From a virus (lineage: Duplodnaviria; Caudoviricetes): a stretch of DNA of 58,726 bases. The DNA lies in IMG/VR virus record IMGVR_UViG_3300012942_000005, positions 1 to 58,726 of that record; one strand, written 5' to 3'. A model generated the notes under the pieces. That model was not told the DNA's origin, did not search any database, and worked only from the letters and a program-made list of their open reading frames with translations. The position numbers and the translations under genes are program-made. Numbering within the stretch: the first letter of the stretch is position 1; every line of letters begins with the position of its first letter. Below are positions 8,384 through 17,820 of this stretch, piece after piece.

Positions 8384-8889
8384 AACGTCCTTCCTCGTTG
8401 TTGCTCGCTTGCATTACCGGCGTCCTCGTATCCGCTGGCATCGCCCAATGCGCGCATGCGGAAACCGATGTACTGATATTCGGGCATTCCCAGCATTTTC
8501 GCAATAGCTGGGACCGGCCGTACAATCAGTGGAATTTCGGCGGTGGGCTGGAATACGCGCCGGATGCTTTCGCCCATCAATTCAGCACGCATGGGCGCGG
8601 CCAATGGCTCGTCGGCGCTTTCGCGCTGCGCGATTCGATCTATCAGACTGGCGGCGCGGCTTATATCGGCTACCGGTACACCTACGCGCTTTCGGATAAC
8701 TGGTCCGTGAACGCTACGATCCGGGCCGGCTGGATCAAGGATGCTGACTATCGCGGCCCGGCTGCGCTCCCGGCCATCGGCATCACGTACAAGCGCGTGA
8801 CGATCGAAGGCACATTCATTCCCCACATTAGCAGTGGGAACAAATTCACCGATCCGCTGGCGATTGTATGGGCGCGGATTCGATTCTGA
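8380..8889 (+). CDS. PagP-like outer-membrane beta-barrel (lipid A acyltransferase-like)
   Basis: Signal peptide ending AHA; H...YNQWNFGGG, ALRDS, GY.Y, LPAIG, TFIP, terminal WARIRF resembling PagP motifs. Confidence 0.7.
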   Translation: MKRPSSLLLACITGVLVSAGIAQCAHAETDVLIFGHSQHFRNSWDRPYNQWNFGGGLEYAPDAFAHQFSTHGRGQWLVGAFALRDSIYQTGGAAYIGYRYTYALSDNWSVNATIRAGWIKDADYRGPAALPAIGITYKRVTIEGTFIPHISSGNKFTDPLAIVWARIRF

Positions 8890-9007
8890 CTGCGCTGGAA
8901 TGCATCGAAGTCGGCCTCGCGATTATTGTGGCTATCGGTATGATAGTTTCGATAGTCGCGCGCCGCTGGTTCAATCCGAATAACTGGGAGACCTGAACTA
9001 AAACCCG

Positions 9008-9036
9008 CTTGCGAAGAATATTGCTTCCGCTATAAT
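9008..9036 (+). promoter_or_regulatory. sigma70-type early promoter, near copy of that at 7571
   Basis: CTTGCGAAnAAnATTGCTTnnnCTATAATAGAnTCAT shared with 7571-7607. Confidence 0.75.
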
Positions 9037-9140
9037 AGAGTCATGGATCGGGGCTGGCCGCAAACGAGAGTTCAGCGGGAACACAGACCGCAGGTTAGCA
9101 CGATCCACTTTTTACCCCTTGACGAACAGGAGAAAGGGAA

Positions 9141-9869
9141 ATGAGCGAAGACCGAATCATCGACCGAATCAAGAAAATGCTGGCGCTGGCTAACGACCTC
9201 GCGGCCAGCGAAGGTGAGCGCGACAATGCGCTGCGGATGGCCTTCAACACGATGGCGAAGTACAACATCGACATGGCCACGGTCGAGAAGCACGGCAAGA
9301 AGGCCGAGGAAGCGCGGATCAATTTCCGCAACGACAGCTGGTCGTGGCTGTGGGCGAAGAAGGTTAACCAAATCGTCGGTCGCCTGTTCTTCTGCAAGTA
9401 TTACTACGGCGAGTCGATCAACGGCACGCAATGCCAACATCATTTCGTCGGCCGCGAATCAAACGCGATGACGGCGGCGGTGATGGCCGATTACGTGGTC
9501 AATTCGATCTTGAAAGAAGGCCGCAAGCTCGGCAAGCAAAATACGAGCCCGATCACGCGATCTTTCTGCGTCGGCGCAATGGAGACTCTGAGCATTCGCG
9601 TCAATCAGATCATCGCAGAGAAGGAAAAGGAATTGCAGGGCTCTCCCACGCCCGGAACGGCCCTTGTGCTGGCCTCATTCTATAAGAGCGAGCAGGACGA
9701 AAATTCTCGCTGGATTGCGGAGCATATCGGCAATCTGAAAACGAACAAAGGGCGCGCGAGCAAGGTGAACGCGGAAGCCTATGGCGCTGGGCGCGAATAT
9801 GGCGATAAGATCAATCTGAGCACGCAGGTGGCCGATGCAAGCGGCCCGACGCGCAAGCAAATTCGCTAA
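9141..9869 (+). CDS. DUF2786-family protein
   Basis: IIDRIKKMLALAND...SEGE..NA...A...MAKYNI N-terminus; AY.AG..YG..INL C-terminus. Confidence 0.8.
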   Translation: MSEDRIIDRIKKMLALANDLAASEGERDNALRMAFNTMAKYNIDMATVEKHGKKAEEARINFRNDSWSWLWAKKVNQIVGRLFFCKYYYGESINGTQCQHHFVGRESNAMTAAVMADYVVNSILKEGRKLGKQNTSPITRSFCVGAMETLSIRVNQIIAEKEKELQGSPTPGTALVLASFYKSEQDENSRWIAEHIGNLKTNKGRASKVNAEAYGAGREYGDKINLSTQVADASGPTRKQIR

Positions 9870-9882
9870 CAGGAGAACGGCC

Positions 9883-10122
9883 ATGTCAGGACTGACGAAT
9901 GGGCAACGTGAATTTCTGCTCGGGTACGACGATAACCACAAGAGCACGGAGGAATCGCGTGCGCTCCATTGGGTGCTGTTCAATAGCGCGAACTATCGGC
10001 CCGATATGATAATCGCGGTCGTCGGAAATCGCGTCTTTATGCGGGCTCCGAAAAGCGAATTGGAGTATCGTCTCGCGAAGCAAGTCGAATCGGTTTTCAA
10101 GCGCATCATGCGCGTCAACTAG
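9883..10122 (+). CDS. Hypothetical protein
   Basis: AGGAG RBS before MSGLTNGQ. Confidence 0.55.
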   Translation: MSGLTNGQREFLLGYDDNHKSTEESRALHWVLFNSANYRPDMIIAVVGNRVFMRAPKSELEYRLAKQVESVFKRIMRVN

Positions 10123-10134
10123 GAGAGGTGAGGA

Positions 10135-10509
10135 ATGAATCACGTGCAGGAACAGCCCAAGCCGAGCATTAAGGTGCGGCAAATGAAGCCCCGCGTCGAA
10201 CTGTCTCTCAAAGAGAATTTCGATCTGTGCAAGTATCTCGAAACGCGCGCGCCGCAAGCGGGGGAAAGCTATCCGTTCATCGCGGAAGAAGCGGGAGCCG
10301 CGCTAAACAACGCGCGCATCAACCAGTCCCATATCATGAGCCGATTTCAGGCGCTGGGGCTCAAGCTCATGCCCGCCAAGCCGGGCACCGATGCCGAACG
10401 CATCGCTGCGCTGGAAAAGATGATAGGGCTCGCGATCAAACAGCAATTGGCTCTATGCGCCGCGTATGGCGTGACGGTGGTGCCGGAATTGCAGGAATTC
10501 GCGGAGTAG
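10135..10509 (+). CDS. Hypothetical protein (possible DNA-binding)
   Basis: GAGGTGAGG RBS; operon packing. Confidence 0.6.
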   Translation: MNHVQEQPKPSIKVRQMKPRVELSLKENFDLCKYLETRAPQAGESYPFIAEEAGAALNNARINQSHIMSRFQALGLKLMPAKPGTDAERIAALEKMIGLAIKQQLALCAAYGVTVVPELQEFAE

Positions 10510-10515
10510 TCTGAA

Positions 10516-10785
10516 ATGGCCGGTCGTAATAAATTCTTTAGCGCGGAGTTAGTCGAAGCGACGACGAAGCATGAGCGGCGCGTTCGAGTCATCAATCGCG
10601 AGACTGGGGACTATTACTATCGGCCGTTTCCGAATCGCGACACCGGCGTATCGTTAGAACAACAACTGCGCTACCGTATATACGAGATTCACACTTCCGC
10701 GCTTTTCGATCCGCGAGTGCTATGGCACGATAAGAAGCTAGGAATCACCTTCTTCGAACTAGTTTACGGGAAAGATAATGGCTAA
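10516..10785 (+). CDS. Hypothetical protein
   Basis: GGAG RBS; operon packing. Confidence 0.55.
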   Translation: MAGRNKFFSAELVEATTKHERRVRVINRETGDYYYRPFPNRDTGVSLEQQLRYRIYEIHTSALFDPRVLWHDKKLGITFFELVYGKDNG

Positions 10786-11350
10786 ACCGCTACCGATTAA
10801 CGAATTGCCTTTCCAAGGTGATTGCGAACTGAAGGAATGGACGATGCCGGATGGCACCGTCGCCATTCTAACCAAGGCCAAGTACTTCGACAGGATTCTG
10901 GCCGATTGGTATCAAAAGGCTACTGAATTCGCTGCGCTTAAAGCGGCCGAAGCGGAAGCGCGGGCGCGCGTCATCGAAATGGTCTACCCCGACGGGTACG
11001 CCAAGCCGGGTACCGACAAGTTCGGCATTCAATCCGGCTGGGTGCTTGAAATGGAGCGTCGAATCAACGTCAGTATCGACGAGGCGCAACTGGCCGGGAT
11101 TGCGGCCGAAGTCGCCAAACTCGAAGTCGATCCCGATACGGGCGAAATTCCCACATTCAGCGCGGCCGTCAAACCCAAGCCGACTTTCTCGGAGGCCGGG
11201 TACCGCGATCTGCGCGAGGACGTGAAAGCGCTGCTGAATGACGCCCTCACTTTCACTCCGGGTACCGCTGGCGTCAAAGTCATTCCGCCGAAAGCGAAAG
11301 CCACCGCGCGCGTCACGGATCAGAAGGCGAAAGCGAAGGGGGCGGCATGA
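10778..11350 (+). CDS. Hypothetical protein of the recombination module
   Basis: 190-aa ORF with overlapping start/stop with neighbours. Confidence 0.7.
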   Translation: MAKPLPINELPFQGDCELKEWTMPDGTVAILTKAKYFDRILADWYQKATEFAALKAAEAEARARVIEMVYPDGYAKPGTDKFGIQSGWVLEMERRINVSIDEAQLAGIAAEVAKLEVDPDTGEIPTFSAAVKPKPTFSEAGYRDLREDVKALLNDALTFTPGTAGVKVIPPKAKATARVTDQKAKAKGAA

Positions 11351-11556
11351 GCGGAGTCACCGTCAGATTGCGCGTTGAAGTCGAAGTCGAAGTCGGCACG
11401 TGGAGCGAAAAGACCAATTTCGACGAACTGGAAGAACAAGTTACGCGCGAAGGGATACAAATCATCCGTAGCCGGCTTGCGTCAGCAGAACACAAGTGCC
11501 GGATCGTCGGACCCATGTCGCTGTCTTTCGTCGTGTTCGAAAAGGAAGTGAGATGA
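11347..11556 (+). CDS. Hypothetical protein
   Basis: ATGA overlaps at both ends. Confidence 0.6.
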   Translation: MSGVTVRLRVEVEVEVGTWSEKTNFDELEEQVTREGIQIIRSRLASAEHKCRIVGPMSLSFVVFEKEVR

Positions 11557-11858
11557 CCACATTGGCATCGATTCACGCGCGCCAAGGCGTTACGCTGGAT
11601 GACGAGAGTTACGACGCTGCGAAGGAAGCGCGCCGGATCAAGAACGTCGAAAATGCGCGCGAAGTGCTGAATCGGAATAAAATTGATTACGGGGAGCGCC
11701 CTACGCTGCTCGATCCGCCGATGTTCATTGTCCAAATGATCGACGAAAACTATGCGATCAAGTATCATCCCGCTACTGGAGTTTGGTACGACGTTGACGG
11801 CGTTCGGAACTTCGGCGTACGAAATTTAGTTCGCTATTTGAAAGGGAGTGTTATATAA
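11553..11858 (+). CDS. Hypothetical protein
   Basis: ATGA overlap; C-terminal YHPATGVW...FGVRNLVRYL. Confidence 0.6.
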   Translation: MTTLASIHARQGVTLDDESYDAAKEARRIKNVENAREVLNRNKIDYGERPTLLDPPMFIVQMIDENYAIKYHPATGVWYDVDGVRNFGVRNLVRYLKGSVI

Positions 11859-11996
11859 TGGTATTCCCACTTCTGTTCGGTTCTGTGCGTCATATGAAAC
11901 TCATAGGGGAAGACCCTGAATTCAAAGCACTGCGCCGCCGAAATGAACAGCGCCTCGCCGCGCTGAAAGCCAATCATCGACTCTACGAGGACAAGC

Positions 11997-12947
11997 GTGA
12001 ACCTGCCGCCGCAACCGGGAACCGCCTCAAGCTCTACGCAAACTGCGCCCCCATCGTCAACTGGGACGACTATCCCGCCCTCGCAAACCTCGCCGGGCTT
12101 GCCACCGCAGGGAACGCCTATGGCGCAGACCTCGCCGGGATCGGCGGTACCGCCATCGTCGCTCAATCCCCACTCTTCGGGGCTATCTTCGGATCTGGTT
12201 TTCTCGACCGTTGAGCAGCAGTGCGGCGCGGAAGCGGGTGTAAAAGTTCTCGTCTATGGTGACGCGGGCATGGGTAAAACCGTGCTTTGCGCGACGCTTC
12301 CGATGCCGTTCGTGATCGTCAGTACCGAGAACGGCTTGCTGTCACTGTCTGTCAAAAACTTGACGCAGATTTTCATCGGGTTGGGTCTTGACGAAGAAAG
12401 CGCACGGTCGCGGGCGGAAATGGTGCGTCAGCAGAAAGTCATCATCGTGCGCAATGGGCTGCAATTGCGCAAGGCGCACGAATGGCTGGTTGCCCACATG
12501 AGCGAGTTTGCGTCTGTTGGTTGGGATTCGGCCTCGGATACGGCCGAAGTGATGCTTGAGGCCGCGAAGGCGGTTAAGGCGGATGGCCGTCAAGCCTATG
12601 GCGAAGTCGCTGACCTGATCGGCGGGTACTTCAAGAAGTTCCGCGACACTCTGCCCGGCAAGCACATTTGCGTCGTGGCCAAGAAGGGTTCGGTCAAGGA
12701 CGAAGTTACCGGCGGTATGAAATGGGGACCGGATTTTCCCGGTAAGCAATTGGGACCGGCAACGCCGTATTGGTTGGACGAAACGTTCCATATCAATGTG
12801 GCGACGAATCCCGAGAACAACACCCAGTATCGCTATCTGCAAACGCAGCCGAACGAGCAGTACGTCGCGAAGGATCGCAGCGGCTTGTTGCTCCAGTGGG
12901 AAAAGCCGGACCTCTCGTACATCATTGCGAAGATAACCGAACAATGA
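11997..12947 (+). CDS. Sak4-like AAA ATPase (phage recombinase)
   Basis: KVLVYGDAGMGKT Walker A, WDS Walker B, AKDRSG.L...EKPDL C-terminus; upstream of SSB; start uncertain. Confidence 0.85.
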   Translation: MNLPPQPGTASSSTQTAPPSSTGTTIPPSQTSPGLPPQGTPMAQTSPGSAVPPSSLNPHSSGLSSDLVFSTVEQQCGAEAGVKVLVYGDAGMGKTVLCATLPMPFVIVSTENGLLSLSVKNLTQIFIGLGLDEESARSRAEMVRQQKVIIVRNGLQLRKAHEWLVAHMSEFASVGWDSASDTAEVMLEAAKAVKADGRQAYGEVADLIGGYFKKFRDTLPGKHICVVAKKGSVKDEVTGGMKWGPDFPGKQLGPATPYWLDETFHINVATNPENNTQYRYLQTQPNEQYVAKDRSGLLLQWEKPDLSYIIAKITEQ

Positions 12948-13492
12948 AGCGCTGTTGCACCTGCAAACTAGATAAGCCGTTGGATCGTTTCGGTAAAGAT
13001 CGAAGCAAGAAAGACGGTTTGCAGGTGCAATGCAAAGATTGCAATAAAACGTATCGCGACGCGAATAAAGAACGAGCAGCACAGTATTCCAAAAGGTATC
13101 ACGCCGAGAATTTCGATTTGGTTTCTGCTCATAAGCGCAAACATTATGAAACGAATATTGAGTCGATCCGCGAGAATCGAAGGGCGTACTTCGCTGCGAA
13201 TCGATCTGCGTTTAACGCGCGCTTTGCTAAACGAAGGGCAGCACAGCGCCAAGCGATTCCCGGCTGGGCCGATCAAACGAAGATTGCCCTAGCGTACGAA
13301 GAAGCACAATTTGCGACGGAATTCTTTGGCGTACCTTTTCACGTCGATCATATAATTCCGATCAAAGGGGTTTTTCGCGGTAAGCATGTAGTCTGCGGTT
13401 TGCACTGGGAAGGAAACTTGCAAGTCCTTTCTAGCGCTGAAAATCTTCGAAAGAAGAACATTTGGTGGCCCGATGGGCCAATGTGTAATTAA
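12944..13492 (+). CDS. Free-standing HNH homing endonuclease
   Basis: CxxC...CKDC N-terminus; HVDHIIP...VCGLH...NLQVL...N..K.N. Confidence 0.9.
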   Translation: MKRCCTCKLDKPLDRFGKDRSKKDGLQVQCKDCNKTYRDANKERAAQYSKRYHAENFDLVSAHKRKHYETNIESIRENRRAYFAANRSAFNARFAKRRAAQRQAIPGWADQTKIALAYEEAQFATEFFGVPFHVDHIIPIKGVFRGKHVVCGLHWEGNLQVLSSAENLRKKNIWWPDGPMCN

Positions 13493-13515
13493 CTTAAAGT
13501 TTGGAGAACAGCAAC

Positions 13516-14157
13516 ATGGCACTCAAGCCTATCGAGTTTACGTTCGATATCGGTGGCATCGAACCTTACGTGAGCGGCGGCGAACCGCTGCCGACCGGCA
13601 CGTATGCGATGAAGATCACGGACATGCAAGTCAAGGGCAACAACGGCGACACCGGCAGCAACCTCGCACTCGAGTACACGGTTCTGGAAGGCGAGTTCAA
13701 GGGCCGCAAGTTTTTCGAGAACCTGAACCTCTGGCACAAGACGTCGTCGTCGGCCGTCGAAATCGCGTACAAGCAACTGTCGTCCATCGGCCATGCGCTC
13801 GGCATCACCGCGGGCAGCGACCTCACGATCCTCGCGGACAAGGCCATGCTGGTCGACCTCCAGTACGTCGATGCGACGCCGGACACGCCGAATCCGAACA
13901 CCGGCGAAACGATCAAGGGCCGCGGTCCGCAGAACCGCGTCAGCAAGCGCAGTGCGTATGCGGCGCAATCGATCCAGAAGCAGCCGGGGTTCCAGCAGCA
14001 ACAGCAAGCCAGTGCAGCGAACCAAGCGCCGCCGATGCAGCAGCAAGCTCCCCAGCAGCAGGTCCCCAATCCGGTGCCGCAGCAGCAGAGCCCCGCGCCC
14101 CAGCAGGTCGCCCAAGGCACGCCCGGCGCAGCGCCGCCGCCGTGGCAGCGCGGCTAA
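13516..14157 (+). CDS. DUF669-like single-stranded DNA-binding protein
   Basis: PLPTGTY...L.LEYTVLEGEFKGRK...LNL; Q/P-rich tail ending PPWQRG. Confidence 0.85.
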   Translation: MALKPIEFTFDIGGIEPYVSGGEPLPTGTYAMKITDMQVKGNNGDTGSNLALEYTVLEGEFKGRKFFENLNLWHKTSSSAVEIAYKQLSSIGHALGITAGSDLTILADKAMLVDLQYVDATPDTPNPNTGETIKGRGPQNRVSKRSAYAAQSIQKQPGFQQQQQASAANQAPPMQQQAPQQQVPNPVPQQQSPAPQQVAQGTPGAAPPPWQRG

Positions 14158-14190
14158 CCCACTAACCGCCGAAGGGCAGTAATCGAAACG

Positions 14191-14217
14191 AAAGCCCGCC
14201 ACTGCGCGGGCTTTTTC
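14191..14217 (+). terminator. Rho-independent terminator
   Basis: aaagcccgc-loop-gcgggcttt followed by T run. Confidence 0.85.
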
Positions 14218-14236
14218 AATTTCACCGGAGAGTTTC

Positions 14237-14752
14237 ATGTTCAATCGGTTCTGGAGTTTGGTCGCGTCTTTCGCGATGAGCGACCGAGGTTTCCGCTGGT
14301 TGCATAAGCGCGCGGATAAGTCGCACTATACGCATATCCTCCACATGGGTAAGCTGTATATGTGGCGCGGCTGGGTCATCAAACGCTGGCGAAACTTCCC
14401 CGCAGTCCGGCTGCACCGTATCATGGGGCCGGACCTGTCGCGCGACATGCACTCGCACCCGTTCAATTTTCGCACGATCATCCTGCGCGGCTGGTACATT
14501 CAGGAGTATCCCGGAGAGCACTGGCCCGGCCAGAAGAACTCGATCAATGTGGTCAAAATGCTGCCCGGCATGCAATCGATTTGCAAATACGGCGACTTCC
14601 ACCGCATTACGCAAGTCAGTCAAGGCGGCTGTTGGACTTTGTTCATCATGTGGGGTGGCAAGCGCCACGATTGGGGTTTCATGACCAAAAACGGTTTTGT
14701 GCACGCGCGTGATTACAAGGACAAGAACGGCCACGGGGTCGCGAAGGTATGA
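14237..14752 (+). CDS. Cupin-fold protein
   Basis: LH....D....HSHPF...IILRGWY.E...FHRI...WTLF...WGF. Confidence 0.7.
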   Translation: MFNRFWSLVASFAMSDRGFRWLHKRADKSHYTHILHMGKLYMWRGWVIKRWRNFPAVRLHRIMGPDLSRDMHSHPFNFRTIILRGWYIQEYPGEHWPGQKNSINVVKMLPGMQSICKYGDFHRITQVSQGGCWTLFIMWGGKRHDWGFMTKNGFVHARDYKDKNGHGVAKV

Positions 14753-15708
14753 GCTATGAACCGATCATCGCGCATCAAACCCGCGAACTCATCCTCAGTT
14801 CGATTTACGCGGATCAAGGACGTGCCTATCGCGGGCATCTTCGGCAGACTATTCTGTCTGTGGACGATGCTTTTGACGATACCATTCATGACCGGTTCCG
14901 TTCCCATATGGGAGTCAGCACCAGTGGTCGCGAGTGCGCCCGAGAGCTTTGGTATTCATGGCGTTGGAGTACCCCTGTCAAGATTGCGGGCAAACTGCTA
15001 CTTCTGTTTAATCGCGGGCACTTGGAGGAAGCCCGTTTTGCGGCTATGTTCCTCGCTGCTGGCATTCAGGTCTGGCGTGAGGAAGCACCGGGCAAGCAAT
15101 TCCGCGTAAGCTACTTCGGCGGACATTACGGATCGGCGATTGATGGCGTCGGCTTGGGTTTTCCCGAAATGCCGAACGAGAATATGCTGTGCGAAATGAA
15201 GACTCACAACAAAAAGTCTTTCGCCAAGCTGGCGGGCGAGAAGGACTCAGACGGAAACTATGTTAAGTTTCCAGAAGGCGTGAAAGTCGCGAAACCTGAA
15301 CACCATGTTCAAATGCAGCAATACATGGGCTATTACAAGCTCAAATACGCAATGTATTGCGCGGCTTGCAAAGACAGCGACGACCTCTATTTCGAAATCG
15401 TGCCATACGAGCAGAAAGTCGACGAAGGCTATCGCAACCGTTCGCACCAAATCATTTTCGCGAAAGAAGCGCCACCTAAGATAACCACAAATGCGTCATT
15501 CTGGCGCTGCAAGTACTGTGACCAACGTCGTGTTTGTCATTTCGGAGAAACCCCCGACTTCAATTGCCGGACCTGCGCGGCAAGCTACCCCACCGAAGAC
15601 GGAAATTGGCGCTGTTCTACGCACGATCACGCTATAATAGATAAAACGAGGCAGCTAACGGGTTGTCCCGATTGGCAGCAGCACCCATCGTACCAACAGG
15701 AGAAATGA
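14749..15708 (+). CDS. Cas4-like PD-(D/E)XK exonuclease
   Basis: C.RELWY, IDG, EMKT, QMQQYM, C-terminal Cys clusters. Confidence 0.85.
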   Translation: MSYEPIIAHQTRELILSSIYADQGRAYRGHLRQTILSVDDAFDDTIHDRFRSHMGVSTSGRECARELWYSWRWSTPVKIAGKLLLLFNRGHLEEARFAAMFLAAGIQVWREEAPGKQFRVSYFGGHYGSAIDGVGLGFPEMPNENMLCEMKTHNKKSFAKLAGEKDSDGNYVKFPEGVKVAKPEHHVQMQQYMGYYKLKYAMYCAACKDSDDLYFEIVPYEQKVDEGYRNRSHQIIFAKEAPPKITTNASFWRCKYCDQRRVCHFGETPDFNCRTCAASYPTEDGNWRCSTHDHAIIDKTRQLTGCPDWQQHPSYQQEK

Positions 15709-15944
15709 ATATGAACAAACTTCACCCACCATATGTCACAATCACTCATGGAATGCGCGGCTTCTTCGCGGTACTGATGACATGGAGTGATGACGGGGAT
15801 GGTTCGAGTGAAGGGTTCTACGAGCCGTTCAACACCGGATTCGAGTCGTACAAGACCTACGAGGACGCCATTCCCGAGGCGCGAAGCTGGGCATTTGCCG
15901 AGGAGTGTGAACTTCGAGTTAAACATTTGACAATGGTGAAATAG
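15705..15944 (+). CDS. Hypothetical protein
   Basis: AGGAG RBS; ATGA overlap. Confidence 0.55.
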   Translation: MNMNKLHPPYVTITHGMRGFFAVLMTWSDDGDGSSEGFYEPFNTGFESYKTYEDAIPEARSWAFAEECELRVKHLTMVK

Positions 15945-15951
15945 GCGCGAC

Positions 15952-17637
15952 ATGCTGCTGAAAGAGCGCGATTATCAGACCTACGCAGCCGATAAACCGT
16001 TTGAGTACTTCGCGGAATCGGTAGGGAACCCGCTCATCCTGATGCCGACCGGCACCGGCAAATCGCTGGTCGTCGGCGGCATTGTGGAGCGGGCGCTTAG
16101 AGCGTATCCCGCAACCCGCATCATCATGATGACCGAGACCAAGGAATTGGTCGCACAGAATTATGAAAAACTTAAGACGATGTGGCCGGATGCGCCGGTC
16201 GGAATTTATTGCGATGGTCTGGATCGTAAGCAACATCATTACCCTGTTACGTTTGGGACAATTGGTAGTCTTATTGGTGTTGCTGAAATATTCGGTTTCA
16301 TCGATTTTGTCATTGTTGATGAAGCTCACGGCATAAGCGAAAAAGACGACACGATGTACCGTCGGTTCTTGCAAGCGCTGATGGTCAAGAATCCGAACTT
16401 AAAAGTCATTGGCCTGACGGCGACCGGCTTTCGGATGAAGCAAGGTATGTTGACTCAAGGCGATAATCCGGTGTTTACGGATATCATCGTCGACATGGTT
16501 GGATTGGAGTCGTTCAATTGGTTTTTAGATGAAGGGTACTTGGTTCCGCCGATCCCCCGCCCGACCGGCGCAGAAACGCTCATCGACGCATCGAAAGTCA
16601 AAGTGCGGGGCGGTGAGTACGATCAGAAGTCGATGCAGGATGAAGCGGACAATCAGAAAAAGAACGAGGCGGTTGTCCTTGAATTGCTCCAGTATGGACA
16701 GAATCGCCACAGTGGTATGGTATTCGCTTCCGGCCTTGAGCATTGCAAACACCTGTTGGAGATTTTCGAGTACTACGGGCAATCAGCGACTTGGGTGGCT
16801 TCGCGAGGAATGACCCCTAAGGACCGCGACCGTAATATCGAAGCGTTCAAGCAAGGGGAATTTAAGTGGATGATAAACAACGGGATTCTGACGACCGGGT
16901 TCGACCATCCGATTTTGGACATTATTGGGATGGCACGGTTGACGCTCTCGCCCGGATTGTGGGTACAAATGCTCGGTCGGGGGACTCGCCCCGTTTATGC
17001 CTCTGGATTCGATCTGTCAACACGGGATGGACGGCGATCGTCCATTGCGGCCAGTCAGAAGCAGAATTGTTTGGTACTGGACTTTGCGCAAAACGTGACG
17101 CGTTTGGGACCGATCAACGATCCTCGGATACCGAAGCCAGCGGAGCGCAAGCGGGAGGGCGACGCGCCGGTAAGAATATGCGATGCTTGCGGCTGCTACA
17201 ATCACGCCTCGGCACGGACGTGCTGGAGTTGCGGGTTCGAATTTCCACGGTACTTGAAGATCGACGAGACTTCCGGCGCTAAAGCATTGGTTCGCGGCGT
17301 GAATAGTAGCAAGCCGCCGATTGACCCGCCGATCTATGAAGAAGTTCCGGTTGATAGAGTGACTTATCAGGTCTGGCGTAAGCCCGGAAAGCCGGATAGC
17401 ATTAGAGTGACTTATCATTGCGGACGGCGCACTTTCCCCGAATGGGTTTGCATTGAGCACGACGGGGTGGCGGGACGCAAAGGGCGCGCATGGTGGCGCA
17501 AATTCTCCCAGCAGCAAGACGTTCCAGAAACGACCGAAGCGGCATTGAAATTGACTGATACGCTTCGCCAGCCACGCGCCATTGAGCTAGCGACCAACAT
17601 GGATTTTGCGGATATCCGTAACCATATATTCGATTGA
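15952..17637 (+). CDS. SF2 DEAH helicase with zinc ribbon (RadD/UvsW-like)
   Basis: PTGTGKS, DEAH, TAT, TTGFD, QMLGRGTR, CDAC...CWSC. Confidence 0.93.
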   Translation: MLLKERDYQTYAADKPFEYFAESVGNPLILMPTGTGKSLVVGGIVERALRAYPATRIIMMTETKELVAQNYEKLKTMWPDAPVGIYCDGLDRKQHHYPVTFGTIGSLIGVAEIFGFIDFVIVDEAHGISEKDDTMYRRFLQALMVKNPNLKVIGLTATGFRMKQGMLTQGDNPVFTDIIVDMVGLESFNWFLDEGYLVPPIPRPTGAETLIDASKVKVRGGEYDQKSMQDEADNQKKNEAVVLELLQYGQNRHSGMVFASGLEHCKHLLEIFEYYGQSATWVASRGMTPKDRDRNIEAFKQGEFKWMINNGILTTGFDHPILDIIGMARLTLSPGLWVQMLGRGTRPVYASGFDLSTRDGRRSSIAASQKQNCLVLDFAQNVTRLGPINDPRIPKPAERKREGDAPVRICDACGCYNHASARTCWSCGFEFPRYLKIDETSGAKALVRGVNSSKPPIDPPIYEEVPVDRVTYQVWRKPGKPDSIRVTYHCGRRTFPEWVCIEHDGVAGRKGRAWWRKFSQQQDVPETTEAALKLTDTLRQPRAIELATNMDFADIRNHIFD

Positions 17638-17646
17638 GAGGAAATA

Positions 17647-17820
17647 ATGACCATTGTGCAAGATTCGATGGAAACTGCCGAACCCGTCGCAGACCCTGAA
17701 AGTTGGTGGATGAAAGAACTTGAAAAGTTCTGGGGCGATTCCTCTTACGTGGTGACGATGGATACTCGTCGAGCGGTAAAAGTGGCGTGCAATCTCTTGA
17801 CTGGAAAAGATCATGTCTAA
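17647..17820 (+). CDS. Small hypothetical protein (57 aa)
   Basis: GAGGA RBS; MTIVQDSME...; fills gap. Confidence 0.5.
   Translation: MTIVQDSMETAEPVADPESWWMKELEKFWGDSSYVVTMDTRRAVKVACNLLTGKDHV

Noticed and set aside
14749-15708. Cas4 as part of a CRISPR-Cas system
   Set aside because: No other cas genes or array; context is a phage recombination module
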